From Deferribacterales bacterium (lineage in GTDB: Bacteria > Chrysiogenota > Deferribacteres > Deferribacterales > Geovibrionaceae): DNA of 64,000 nt. Under the pieces are notes generated by a model. The model searched no databases. It was given only the letters and a program-made list of their open reading frames with translations, and had not been told where the DNA came from. The first letter of the stretch is position 1, and every line of letters begins with the position of its first letter. Of the stretch, positions 50,539 through 59,944 are shown in pieces. The stretch spans positions 422,401 to 486,400 of the forward strand of contig JBFWMA010000002.1 of assembly GCA_050251875.1 (NCBI GenBank), given 5' to 3'. Made by a program: the position numbers and the translations under genes.

Positions 50539-51828
50539 ATGAAAATTCTTGTGATAGGCTCAGGCGGCAGGGAACACGCCCTCTGCTGGAAAATAGCCCA
50601 AAGCCCTCTGGCAGCGAAAATATTTGCCGCTCCGGGCAACGGCGGAACCCATCTAGAGAACAAAACGGTCAACGTACCCATAGAAGCCACAGACCTTAAA
50701 AAACTGCTGGACTTCGCCCTGACCGAAAAAATAGATCTGACTGTCGTGGGTCCGGAAGACCCGCTGGCGGCTGGAATTGTCGATCTGTTCGAGGAGAACG
50801 GACTTAGAGTGTTCGGTCCCTGCAAACAGGCGGCTCAGCTGGAGGCCAGCAAGGCCTTCGCCAAGGACATCATGATAAAGGCTGGAATCCCCACAGCGGC
50901 ATACGGCGAATTCACCGATTACGAATCAGCCAAAGCCTATGTTGAGAAACAGGGCGCGCCCATAGTGGTCAAGGCGGACGGTCTGGCCGCCGGAAAAGGC
51001 GTTACAGTGGCTCAGACTCTGGACGAGGCGGTAAGCGCCCTGAAAGAGATCTTTCTGGACAACGTGTTCGGCAGCGCCGGAGCGAAGGTTGTCATAGAGG
51101 AATTTCTGGCTGGCGAAGAGGCTTCATATCTGGCGTTCACCGATGGAAAGACTGTTCTGCCCATGGTGACCAGTCAGGATCACAAGGCTGTTTATGACGG
51201 CGACAAAGGTCCCAACACCGGCGGAATGGGAGCCTACTCCCCTGCTCCGGTGGTTACGCCTGAGCTGTTTGACCGTGTGACAAAAGAGATAGCCTATCCC
51301 CTGATAAAAACCATGGCAAAGGACGGCATCACCTTCAAAGGCATCATCTATGCCGGACTGATGATAAACAACGGCGAGCCGAAGGTTCTGGAGTTCAACG
51401 CCCGGTTCGGCGATCCGGAGACACAGCCCGTTCTGTCACGTCTGGCATCCGACATCGTGCCGGTATTTCTGGCATGCACAGACCAGACTCTGGATAAAGT
51501 GGAGATAGAATGGAGCGACAACCCCACAGTGTGCGTTGTCATGGCTTCCGGCGGTTACCCGAAATCATATCAGAAAGGATATGAGATAACGGGGATAGCC
51601 GAAGCGGACAAGATAGACGGCGTAAAAGTCTTCCATGCAGGCACAGCCGACAGTGGCGGAAAAACAGTGAATACAGGCGGACGGGTTCTGGGCGTGACAG
51701 CCATAGGCGACACTCTGGAAGAAACCATAAAAACTGCCTATAAAGCAGTGGAAAAGATACACTGGCAGGATGTACACTTCAGAAAAGATATAGGCGCTAA
51801 AGCTCTCAGGAGGATGAAAGGTGAGTAA
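50539..51828 (+). CDS. purD: Phosphoribosylamine--glycine ligase
   Basis: GSGGREHA, KADGLAAGKGV, GPNTGGMG, RFGDPE. Confidence 0.98.
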   Translation: MKILVIGSGGREHALCWKIAQSPLAAKIFAAPGNGGTHLENKTVNVPIEATDLKKLLDFALTEKIDLTVVGPEDPLAAGIVDLFEENGLRVFGPCKQAAQLEASKAFAKDIMIKAGIPTAAYGEFTDYESAKAYVEKQGAPIVVKADGLAAGKGVTVAQTLDEAVSALKEIFLDNVFGSAGAKVVIEEFLAGEEASYLAFTDGKTVLPMVTSQDHKAVYDGDKGPNTGGMGAYSPAPVVTPELFDRVTKEIAYPLIKTMAKDGITFKGIIYAGLMINNGEPKVLEFNARFGDPETQPVLSRLASDIVPVFLACTDQTLDKVEIEWSDNPTVCVVMASGGYPKSYQKGYEITGIAEADKIDGVKVFHAGTADSGGKTVNTGGRVLGVTAIGDTLEETIKTAYKAVEKIHWQDVHFRKDIGAKALRRMKGE

Positions 51829-52315
51829 GGTCGGAATAATAATGGGCAGCAAGTCCGATTATGATATCGCTAAAGAAGCGGTGGATGTTCTGAAGAGTTT
51901 CGGCATAGAATACGAAGTGATCGTTTCCAGCGCCCACAGAACTCCCGAGCGCACTCTGGAATGGTCGAAAACTGCCGAAAGCAGAGGTCTGGACGCTATA
52001 ATAGCTCTTGCGGGAGCCGCGGCTCATCTGGCGGGAGTTATCGCCAGCGAAACAAACCTCCCGGTGATAGCTGTCCCTGTAGCGGCTACAGCTCTGAACG
52101 GTCTGGACGCCCTGCTCTCCATGGTGCAGATGCCCGGAGGCATACCGGTGGCTACGATGGCTATAGGCAAGGCCGGTTCCAAAAACGCCGGAATCTTCGC
52201 AGCGCAGATATTGGGACGCAGAGAACCTGAAATAGCCCGAAAACTGGCGCAGTATAAAGAAGACATGAAACAGAAGGTCTATCAGGACAATGACGCTCTT
52301 CAGGAAATGCTTTGA
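51821..52315 (+). CDS. purE: N5-CAIR mutase
   Basis: MGSKSD, SAHRTP, AG.AAHL, QMP.GIPVAT. Confidence 0.97.
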   Translation: MSKVGIIMGSKSDYDIAKEAVDVLKSFGIEYEVIVSSAHRTPERTLEWSKTAESRGLDAIIALAGAAAHLAGVIASETNLPVIAVPVAATALNGLDALLSMVQMPGGIPVATMAIGKAGSKNAGIFAAQILGRREPEIARKLAQYKEDMKQKVYQDNDALQEML

Positions 52316-52905
52316 TGCTTATAGGCTCTCAGGAAGTTATATATGATATCTTCAGGCGGGCTCGTTGTTTAAGCGAGCCCGTTGTTTTTCCCACCGACAC
52401 TATATACGGTATCGGAGCGCCCTTATCAGACAAAACAGCCAATCAGAAAATTTATGAAATAAAAGGCAGAGAACAGAACAAGCCCTTCCCCGTTCTGATA
52501 TCTTCCATGAAACAGGCGGAAACTCTAGCAGACACCGCCATGCACGCTGAACTGATAAAAAAACTCTGGCCTGGCGCTTTCACCCTGATATTAAAGGCAA
52601 AAGAAAACGTGGAACCGCTATATACTCTAAACGGCGGGATAGCTCTGCGGATGCCTGCTGATAAACATCTGACAGACCTGATAGAAAAGACTGGACCACT
52701 AAGCGCCACCAGCGCCAATCTCTCCGGTCAGGAATACACTTCTGATTTCATACGGATTTTGACCTGTTTTCAATCAAGTGTGAAATTTTATATCCATTCA
52801 CGCACTAATGCTCTTAATTCTTCAGTAATAATAGACCTTACATCAGACGAACCTGTTATTCTCAGAGGTGAAATAAACCTGCATGAAATACTGACAGATA
52901 AATGA
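52315..52905 (+). CDS. tsaC: Threonylcarbamoyl-AMP synthase (Sua5/TsaC)
   Basis: FPTDTIYG, IYEIKGR, WPG, TSANLSG. Confidence 0.88.
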   Translation: MLIGSQEVIYDIFRRARCLSEPVVFPTDTIYGIGAPLSDKTANQKIYEIKGREQNKPFPVLISSMKQAETLADTAMHAELIKKLWPGAFTLILKAKENVEPLYTLNGGIALRMPADKHLTDLIEKTGPLSATSANLSGQEYTSDFIRILTCFQSSVKFYIHSRTNALNSSVIIDLTSDEPVILRGEINLHEILTDK

Positions 52906-52932
52906 AAATTATGTAAAGACCTATTTCTATTA

Positions 52933-52961
52933 TTGACACTTTAATTTGACAGGATTAAAAT
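52933..52961 (+). promoter_or_regulatory. Near-consensus sigma70 promoter of the cytochrome gene
   Basis: TTGACA-17-TAAAAT; a second TTGACA lies at 52946. Confidence 0.55.
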
Positions 52962-52990
52962 TGCTAAACTTTTTTACAAAAGGAGATACC

Positions 52991-53359
52991 ATGAAGAAAG
53001 TTATACTTGCTGTAATGGTTGTTTTCGCATTCGCGCTTGTCGCTATTGCGGCTAATAACGGCCCTGCTACAATCGATCTCGCAAAAGAATGGGGACTTCA
53101 GACATCTAAAAAACCTGTTCAGTTTCCCCACGCTGTTCACCAGTCTAAAAACCAGTGTACAGACTGCCACGTTAAAGCTGAAGGCGGCGCTCTGAAAAGT
53201 GTAAAAACCGGCGCTCCTCTCGATCCTAAAGCACTCGTTGCTGCCGGCACTCTGAAGAAAGGCGGCATGAAAAACGCTATTCACGATGAATTCTGCTGGG
53301 AATGCCACGTTCAGAAAAAAGTTCCTCAAGGCAAATCCTGCACAAAATGCCACAAGTAA
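52991..53359 (+). CDS. Periplasmic triheme cytochrome c (c7/PpcA-like, cytochrome c3 superfamily)
   Basis: Signal peptide; HAVH distal ligands; CTDCH, H-x3-CWECH, CTKCH; AGGAG RBS. Confidence 0.88.
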   Translation: MKKVILAVMVVFAFALVAIAANNGPATIDLAKEWGLQTSKKPVQFPHAVHQSKNQCTDCHVKAEGGALKSVKTGAPLDPKALVAAGTLKKGGMKNAIHDEFCWECHVQKKVPQGKSCTKCHK

Positions 53360-53380
53360 TCTGACTTACAGTTAAGATTC

Positions 53381-53415
53381 AAAAAATAACCCCGCTTTAT
53401 CAGGCGGGGTTTTTT
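53381..53415. terminator. Bidirectional rho-independent terminator
   Basis: aaccccgc...gcggggtt stem with A and T tracts on either side. Confidence 0.8.
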
Positions 53416-53417
53416 AT

Positions 53418-53909
53418 TTATTTCGGAAGTATCTTTTCCAGTTCAGCTATCTGAGAGATGATAGCTGGCTCATCCACCCATCCGTTCGCCTTATGCAGAA
53501 GGTCTTTCGCCTTCTGATATGCCTCATGTCTGGCCTCTTCTGTCTCCTCTCTCTCCGCCTGTTCTATCAGATTCATGCTCATGTCGAAGATCGACCATAT
53601 CATATATCTGATCTGACGCGCTTTGTCATATTTCATCGCTATTCTGAAAGAGAAGAACACGATGACCAGATAGACGGCCCACAGATACCATTTGAAAGGC
53701 TGATACAGCAGATAGACAGTACCTATCATTATCACAGACATAGCGATGGCCATACCAAGTCCCGGTACGCCCACATAAAAAACGGGTTCGCCGGGCGCTC
53801 CAATCTTCTGATTGTGGCGTATGCTTCTGAACGCTTTCTGGTTCTCAAATTTTTTCTTATAAACATCATACAGTTGTTTAAACTCTTCACTTATACGGAC
53901 GTTTTGCAT
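53418..53909 (-). CDS. Hypothetical membrane protein (2 TM)
   Basis: Two hydrophobic helices; RBS-like AAGGA upstream. Confidence 0.75.
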   Translation of the reverse strand: MQNVRISEEFKQLYDVYKKKFENQKAFRSIRHNQKIGAPGEPVFYVGVPGLGMAIAMSVIMIGTVYLLYQPFKWYLWAVYLVIVFFSFRIAMKYDKARQIRYMIWSIFDMSMNLIEQAEREETEEARHEAYQKAKDLLHKANGWVDEPAIISQIAELEKILPK

Positions 53910-54056
53910 CTTAAATATCCTTTTTACATTAATAAGTTTAAAATTTACATCATCTATTATTTTAATACAAGTTTTTTAAAATAAAGTGACAATTTAGTTA
54001 ACTTAGTATATACTTATGACGATATCTTATTATATAAATTCAATACGGGGAACTCA

Positions 54057-56063
54057 ATGAGTATCAAATTCAAGCTAATTCTTTCGTATCTTTTGGTTTC
54101 AGCATTTATTGTCGTTCTGTCAATGTCTTTCCTCTTTTCAAGCAGCAAGGTCAACGGTTTCATAAACACAAATCTCAACGTGATATTGACCGATAAAGAG
54201 GCGTCCGGAACAATTAACAACGAGTTTAAAAACGTTGTAATTCACCTGAAAAGCGCAATAAGCGCCAGCACCACCAAAGAGATTGATTCTCTGGAACAGT
54301 TAAATAGCGAAAGTTTCTCAAAAATAGACGAAGCGCTGGACAACATAAAAAACGCTGATGACATTCATAGCATGAGTGATGATATGAAGGCAAAAGCAGA
54401 TACTTTTCTGAAAACAAAGAAAGAATATATAAAAGTGCATGATGATCTCATGATTCAGTATGACGATCTGGACTCTATGTTCAGAAAGCAGAAAGGCTAC
54501 ATCTTTGTCAGCCAGAACACGCTGAACAAACAGGCCGGGAGATATGCTCAGGAGCTTAACTATCTTGACAGACTGATGGAACTTCCTCTGGAGATAAAAG
54601 TTTACCTGTCTGAGGTTATCGGAGCGAAAGAAGAGATAGACACGGAAGAAGGAGTTTACTCCATACTCTCATTCACAAAGGTGCTTAAAGACAAGACCGG
54701 AGTGTTCCTCAGCGGCGGAAATTATAAGGGAGAGAACGTCAGACGCATTGACAATGAAGAGGTTCGCTCCAAAATGCAGCTTCTTTTAAAAACCACAACC
54801 GAAATGGAAGCAGCCGCTAAACAGTTTCAGGAGACACAGATCAAGGTGATCAACCTTGAGAACAGTCTTTTTGTCCAGATAGCCGATCTGGAAAAACACG
54901 TTAAATCCACCGAAGAGATACTGAACAACATGGAATCCACTGCAAAAACGCAGATGGACAGCGGTATCACAGAGGTTCGCAATATATCCAGCAGAGTAAC
55001 CAGCACAACATTCATAATGCTCGCAGTGATACTGGTTCTGGCTGTAATAGTCGGTCTCTTCTCCGCTACCAAGATCACAACGCCTCTGGTAAACATAATG
55101 ACAGTGGCAGAGTGTATCAAACACGGAGACCTGACATGCGGAGAGATCAAAAAAACATCATCTGACGAGTTCGGACACCTGACAGACTCTATCAACAATA
55201 TGAAGAAGAGTCTCTATGAACTGGTGCACAACATTAAGAACGGAACAGACTATCTCAGCGGAACCAGCGACCAGATGGTCACTCTAATGGCACAGATGAA
55301 CGAAAACCTGAACAACACCACACTGGAAATGACAGCGGTTGCCTCTGCGGCAGAAGAGCTTTCATCATCCACATCAAATATCATAGAGAGCGTGCAGGCA
55401 GGTATCACAGAAGTTCAGAACGCTAAGAACAAAGTGAACGAAGGCAACAGCAAGCTCCAGCAGTCCATTGCCCAGGTCAACAAGGTAGCGTCCAGCCTGG
55501 CCGGTGTTTCTGACAATCTGGAAGAGCTGAAAACAGCCAGCCAGGCGATCACAAACATCATCAGCATAATCGTGGACATAGCCGAACAGACTAACCTGCT
55601 GGCGCTGAACGCGGCGATAGAAGCTGCCAGAGCGGGCGAAGCAGGCAGAGGATTCGCTGTGGTTGCTGACGAAGTTCGCAAGCTGGCGGAAAAGACCAGC
55701 ACCTCCACACAGGAAATATCCTCAATGGTCAGCTCTATACAAAACAACGTAATTGGTGTGGTGGACATCATCCATCAGGGAATAGAGGAAGTTGAGCACA
55801 GCTCAGAATCCATCAACGCTGTCGGGGACAACTTCAAAGAAGTCGTTAACCAGATGCAGACCGCCGCAAACACTGTTGAGCCTATCCTCGTGATAATCGA
55901 GCAGCAGTCAGAAGCTATCACCAATATTACAGCGACCGTGACAAACGTAAGTATTGCTTCCGCTGACAATAAGGTTATAGTAGACGAAGTAAGCAGTTTC
56001 TCCGATAAGATCGGCGATCTTGCTCACCAGCTTAAGGATAATACATCACAATTCAAGGTGTAG
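54057..56063 (+). CDS. Methyl-accepting chemotaxis protein
   Basis: Two TM helices, HAMP (DEFG.L), [38 protein letters not shown]. Confidence 0.96.
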   Translation: MSIKFKLILSYLLVSAFIVVLSMSFLFSSSKVNGFINTNLNVILTDKEASGTINNEFKNVVIHLKSAISASTTKEIDSLEQLNSESFSKIDEALDNIKNADDIHSMSDDMKAKADTFLKTKKEYIKVHDDLMIQYDDLDSMFRKQKGYIFVSQNTLNKQAGRYAQELNYLDRLMELPLEIKVYLSEVIGAKEEIDTEEGVYSILSFTKVLKDKTGVFLSGGNYKGENVRRIDNEEVRSKMQLLLKTTTEMEAAAKQFQETQIKVINLENSLFVQIADLEKHVKSTEEILNNMESTAKTQMDSGITEVRNISSRVTSTTFIMLAVILVLAVIVGLFSATKITTPLVNIMTVAECIKHGDLTCGEIKKTSSDEFGHLTDSINNMKKSLYELVHNIKNGTDYLSGTSDQMVTLMAQMNENLNNTTLEMTAVASAAEELSSSTSNIIESVQAGITEVQNAKNKVNEGNSKLQQSIAQVNKVASSLAGVSDNLEELKTASQAITNIISIIVDIAEQTNLLALNAAIEAARAGEAGRGFAVVADEVRKLAEKTSTSTQEISSMVSSIQNNVIGVVDIIHQGIEEVEHSSESINAVGDNFKEVVNQMQTAANTVEPILVIIEQQSEAITNITATVTNVSIASADNKVIVDEVSSFSDKIGDLAHQLKDNTSQFKV

Positions 56064-56066
56064 GAT

Positions 56067-56849
56067 TTGAACGACAAAATCTTAGAACTAAAATCAGTTA
56101 ATAAACAATACAGAGCCTTTGAAGGATTCTTCAAAGGCTCTTCTGTTACCATCAACGCTGTGGACAATATTTCTCTGTCCATACAGAAAGGCAGGTCTCT
56201 GGGTATAGTGGGAGAATCAGGCAGTGGAAAAACAACACTGGCAAAACTGATAACAGACATTACCCGTCCTGACAGCGGCAGTATCCTCTATAAAGGAAAA
56301 GATATAAGACAGGCAGACAAAACAGAGTATCCCGCATACCGCAGGAACGTGCAGATGGTCTTTCAGGATCCGTATCTCAGCCTGAACCCTAAGCTGACTA
56401 TTTTCTCCGCCATGAAAGACGGCATAGAAAAATATTACGGCAAAAAGGGACTGAGAGAAAAATGCGCAAAATATCTGAACATGGTGGGACTGGATGAAGA
56501 ATATCTGGACAGATATCCTCACGAGTTCTCCGGCGGTCAGAGACAGAGGCTGTCCATAGCCAGGGCTCTTTCACTGGATCCGGAGATAATAGTAGCGGAC
56601 GAGCCAGTCAGCTCTCTGGACGTATCCGTTCAGGCACAGATACTGAACTTGATGAAAAAATTAAAACTTGAAAACGGGCTTACATTTATTCTAATATCTC
56701 ATGACCTGTCTGTGGTCTCGTTTCTGTGCGATGATGTTCTGGTGATGAACAAAGGACAGATGGTGGAATACGGCAGTGTGGAAGACGTTCTGAACAATCC
56801 GCGGCAGGAATATACCAAAAATCTTCTGACCGCCAGCAAAGGTGAATAA
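56067..56849 (+). CDS. Peptide/nickel ABC transporter ATP-binding subunit (DppF/OppF-like)
   Basis: GESGSGKT, QMVFQDP, RYPHEFSGGQRQR, DEPVSSLDVSVQAQ. Confidence 0.92.
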   Translation: MNDKILELKSVNKQYRAFEGFFKGSSVTINAVDNISLSIQKGRSLGIVGESGSGKTTLAKLITDITRPDSGSILYKGKDIRQADKTEYPAYRRNVQMVFQDPYLSLNPKLTIFSAMKDGIEKYYGKKGLREKCAKYLNMVGLDEEYLDRYPHEFSGGQRQRLSIARALSLDPEIIVADEPVSSLDVSVQAQILNLMKKLKLENGLTFILISHDLSVVSFLCDDVLVMNKGQMVEYGSVEDVLNNPRQEYTKNLLTASKGE

Positions 56850-58288
56850 TGTTACAGGTTTATAATACACTCACAGCGAAAAAAGAAGAATTCAAACCGC
56901 TTACAGAAGGTAAGGTTAAGATGTATGTCTGCGGAGTCACCGTTTATGACTTCTGCCACATAGGACACGCCAGAAGCTCCACCGTTTTTGACGTGATCCG
57001 CCGATATTTTCTTTATAAGGGCTATGAAGTCACCTTTGTGAAGAACTTTACCGATATAGACGACAAAATCATCAAAAGAAGCAACGAGAACAACATCTTC
57101 TGGAAAGACCTTACAAAGCAGTTCATAGACGAGCATGACGCCGATATGGACGCCCTGAATATACTGCGCCCCGACCACACACCGAAGGCGACCGACTATA
57201 TCCCCAACATGATAAAGATGTGTGAAACGCTTATGGAAAAAGGATTCGCCTATGAGTCAAACGGCGACATCTATTACCGTGTGCAGAAATTCGATGACTA
57301 CGGCAAGCTCTCCAACCGCAAGCTGGAAGATATGATGGCGGGCGCCCGAATAGAAGTGAACGACAACAAGGAGAACCCTTTCGACTTCGTTCTGTGGAAA
57401 GCCAGCAAACCGGGAGAACCCAGCTGGGACAGCCCATGGGGCAAGGGACGCCCCGGATGGCACATTGAATGCAGCGTCATGAGCGAAGATATACTCGGAC
57501 TGCCCTTTGACATACACGGCGGCGGACGTGACCTTATCTTTCCCCACCACGAGAACGAGATAGCCCAGTCTGAGGCGGCATGCGGATGCGAATTCTCCAG
57601 ATACTGGATACATAACGGGTTCGTGAACGTTAATCAGGAAAAGATGTCCAAATCTCTCGGCAATTTTTTCACCATCCGCACCGTGCTGGATGAGTTCAAC
57701 GCCGAGATAGTCAGATATTTCCTGCTGACCACACACTACAGAAGCTCACTTGATTTCTCACAGGATCACCTGTTGGAGGCTGAGAAGTCTCTGGACAGAA
57801 TATATACCATGCTGGATGAAATAAACAGGTTCAACGCCGGCAAGAAAGGCACAGACGTATCCGCTGAGGCTGAAAATACTGCGAAAGTTTTCATGGAAAA
57901 ATTCGTGTCCGCCATGGATGATGATTTCAATACGCCTGAGGTTCTGGCGGCTCTTTTCGAGGCAGTGCGTGAATTCAACAGGCTTCTGGCGGCAAAACCT
58001 GAGAAAAACAGCTTCGAGACCCTGAAAGAATCATGCGCAAAAGTTTTTAAAACAGTTGCTGACGTTCTCGGCATCATTACATACACTCCCCAGCAGTGGT
58101 TCAGACTGAACCTGTCCATCCCTGAAGATGAGCTGAAAACAGCCATAGATCAAAGAGCGCAGGCGAAGAAAGATAAAGACTTCGCTAAAGCGGACGAGAT
58201 CAGAAACAGTCTGAAAGACAAAGGGATCGAGCTGCTCGATACTATCGAAGGAACGATCTACCGGGCAAAAAAGATAAGAAACCTATAG
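56849..58288 (+). CDS. cysS: Cysteine--tRNA ligase
   Basis: YVCG.TVYD..HIGH, GRPGWHIECS, FPHHENE, KMSKS. Confidence 0.98.
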   Translation: MLQVYNTLTAKKEEFKPLTEGKVKMYVCGVTVYDFCHIGHARSSTVFDVIRRYFLYKGYEVTFVKNFTDIDDKIIKRSNENNIFWKDLTKQFIDEHDADMDALNILRPDHTPKATDYIPNMIKMCETLMEKGFAYESNGDIYYRVQKFDDYGKLSNRKLEDMMAGARIEVNDNKENPFDFVLWKASKPGEPSWDSPWGKGRPGWHIECSVMSEDILGLPFDIHGGGRDLIFPHHENEIAQSEAACGCEFSRYWIHNGFVNVNQEKMSKSLGNFFTIRTVLDEFNAEIVRYFLLTTHYRSSLDFSQDHLLEAEKSLDRIYTMLDEINRFNAGKKGTDVSAEAENTAKVFMEKFVSAMDDDFNTPEVLAALFEAVREFNRLLAAKPEKNSFETLKESCAKVFKTVADVLGIITYTPQQWFRLNLSIPEDELKTAIDQRAQAKKDKDFAKADEIRNSLKDKGIELLDTIEGTIYRAKKIRNL

Positions 58289-58294
58289 AACACT

Positions 58295-58321
58295 GCCCCG
58301 CTTAGTGCGGGGCTTTTTTTT
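58295..58321 (+). terminator. Rho-independent terminator after cysS
   Basis: gccccgc-ttagt-gcggggc followed by T8. Confidence 0.85.
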
Positions 58322-58332
58322 GTCGATTTACG

Positions 58333-58359
58333 TTAAGTTTTCGTTTGATTATCCGAATT
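58333..58359 (+). promoter_or_regulatory. Putative sigma28 (FliA) promoter
   Basis: TTAAGTTT-N11-TCCGAATT versus consensus TAAAGTTT-N11-GCCGATAA. Confidence 0.45.
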
Positions 58360-58391
58360 GTGTAATACTTATTATTATTGAGGGTATTGCA

Positions 58392-59774
58392 ATGCAAATC
58401 TCCGGTACTAACAACCTAAACATTGTTTTCAATTCCTCTATGACCCCTTTTGCGGTCAAAGGCGCCGAATCTAATACATCCGGCGATACATTTTCATCCG
58501 GAAACAAAGCCGTATCACAGTCTTATAATATGTTCGGTCGACAGCAGGACAATATTTTCTCCAGAATGGCACAGGACAACGACTTCATGTCGGATATCAG
58601 AAAAGTGTTCAGCTCTGTTGAAGACAGCCTGCTCAGCCAGGAGAGCGACAACGACAGAATCAGCGTTTACTATTCAGAAGACGCCAGCATCGATTCAGGC
58701 GAAGGCGATGACCGTATTGATACATACCACTCAGCAAACGCAAACATAAACTCCGGCTCCGGTGACGATGACATCAGCGTTTATTACTCTGAAAACGCCA
58801 ACATAAACTCCGGTTCCGGCAGTGACAGAATAAGCGCTTATTACTCCGACAACGTGAATATCGTTTCAGGTTCCGGCGATGACAGCATCAGCGTTTATCA
58901 CTCCAAAGGAGCAAAAATATCCTCCGGTTCAGGTAAAAACGACATAGACGCCTATTACACCGAGAACACATCTATCTCTACAGATAGTGACGACAGCAGA
59001 GTCAGTGTATATTACTCTAAAAACACATCAACAACAACTGGCGCAGGTGATGACAGCCTCTCCATGTATTACTCCGAAAACACTCAGACGAATCTCGGAG
59101 ACGGCGACAACAGAGCCAGCATATACAACACATCAAACGCCGGCCTGACAGCAGGAAGCGGTGACGATTCTCTGTCTGTCTACTATTCTGACAATACCCA
59201 GATAGATCTGGGCGGCGGAGACAACAGGATGGACGTTTATTCCTCAGATAACGTATCCGTAACCACTGGTGACGGAAACGACAACATAACCATGACCGAC
59301 ACAACAGGCGCCAGTATCTCTTCCGGCGCCGGAAATGACCTTATATATATAAACAATTTCAGCGCAGAGTCCTTTGTTGACGGCGGAGACGGAAACGACA
59401 ACATAACCGCCAGAGGCGAGATATACGGCGGCGCAGGAAACGACACCATCTCAGGCTCAGGAGTCATATCAGGCGGCACAGGCAACGATTACATCACTCT
59501 GGTAAATAAACTGGGCACACCTGAAGATGCCCCCGGAAGCATAGTGAACTACAGCAGAGGAGACGGCGATGATGTCATCAGCGTTTCTGCCTCTGACGCA
59601 GTGCTTAATATGAACGATATTTCTCAGGACGAGGTTGATATCTCCGAAACATTCAACAGAGTGTGAGAAAAAGTAACCACTATCTCCATGAAAGACGGCA
59701 GCGGCAGTGTCACAGTATCCGGACCGCAAAAACTTGCTTCTATAACCTTCTCTGACTCTTCACTTATTTTCTGA
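58392..59774 (+). pseudogene. RTX-like Ca2+-binding beta-roll repeat protein interrupted by an in-frame TGA at 59664-59666 (nonsense allele, sequencing error or recoding)
   Basis: About 12 x 19-aa repeats plus GGxGND motifs; the frame continues 35 codons past the TGA to TGA-TAA at 59772-59777; the terminator follows the second stop. Confidence 0.6.
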
Positions 59775-59801
59775 TAAGACAATCAAAACAGTATACATGG
59801 A

Positions 59802-59827
59802 AAAGGCAGGCTTAAAAGCCTGCCTTT
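59802..59827. terminator. Terminator hairpin
   Basis: aaaggcaggctt-aa-aagcctgccttt perfect inverted repeat. Confidence 0.75.
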
Positions 59828-59944
59828 ACACAATATGTTAGAACCTACAGGGGATATACAAAGAGCCGAAGCTCGAGGAATGTTTCCGTTATAAGTTTAA
59901 GATAACAGATGAAAGAAATAGTTCAATATAATTATCTAAAAAAA

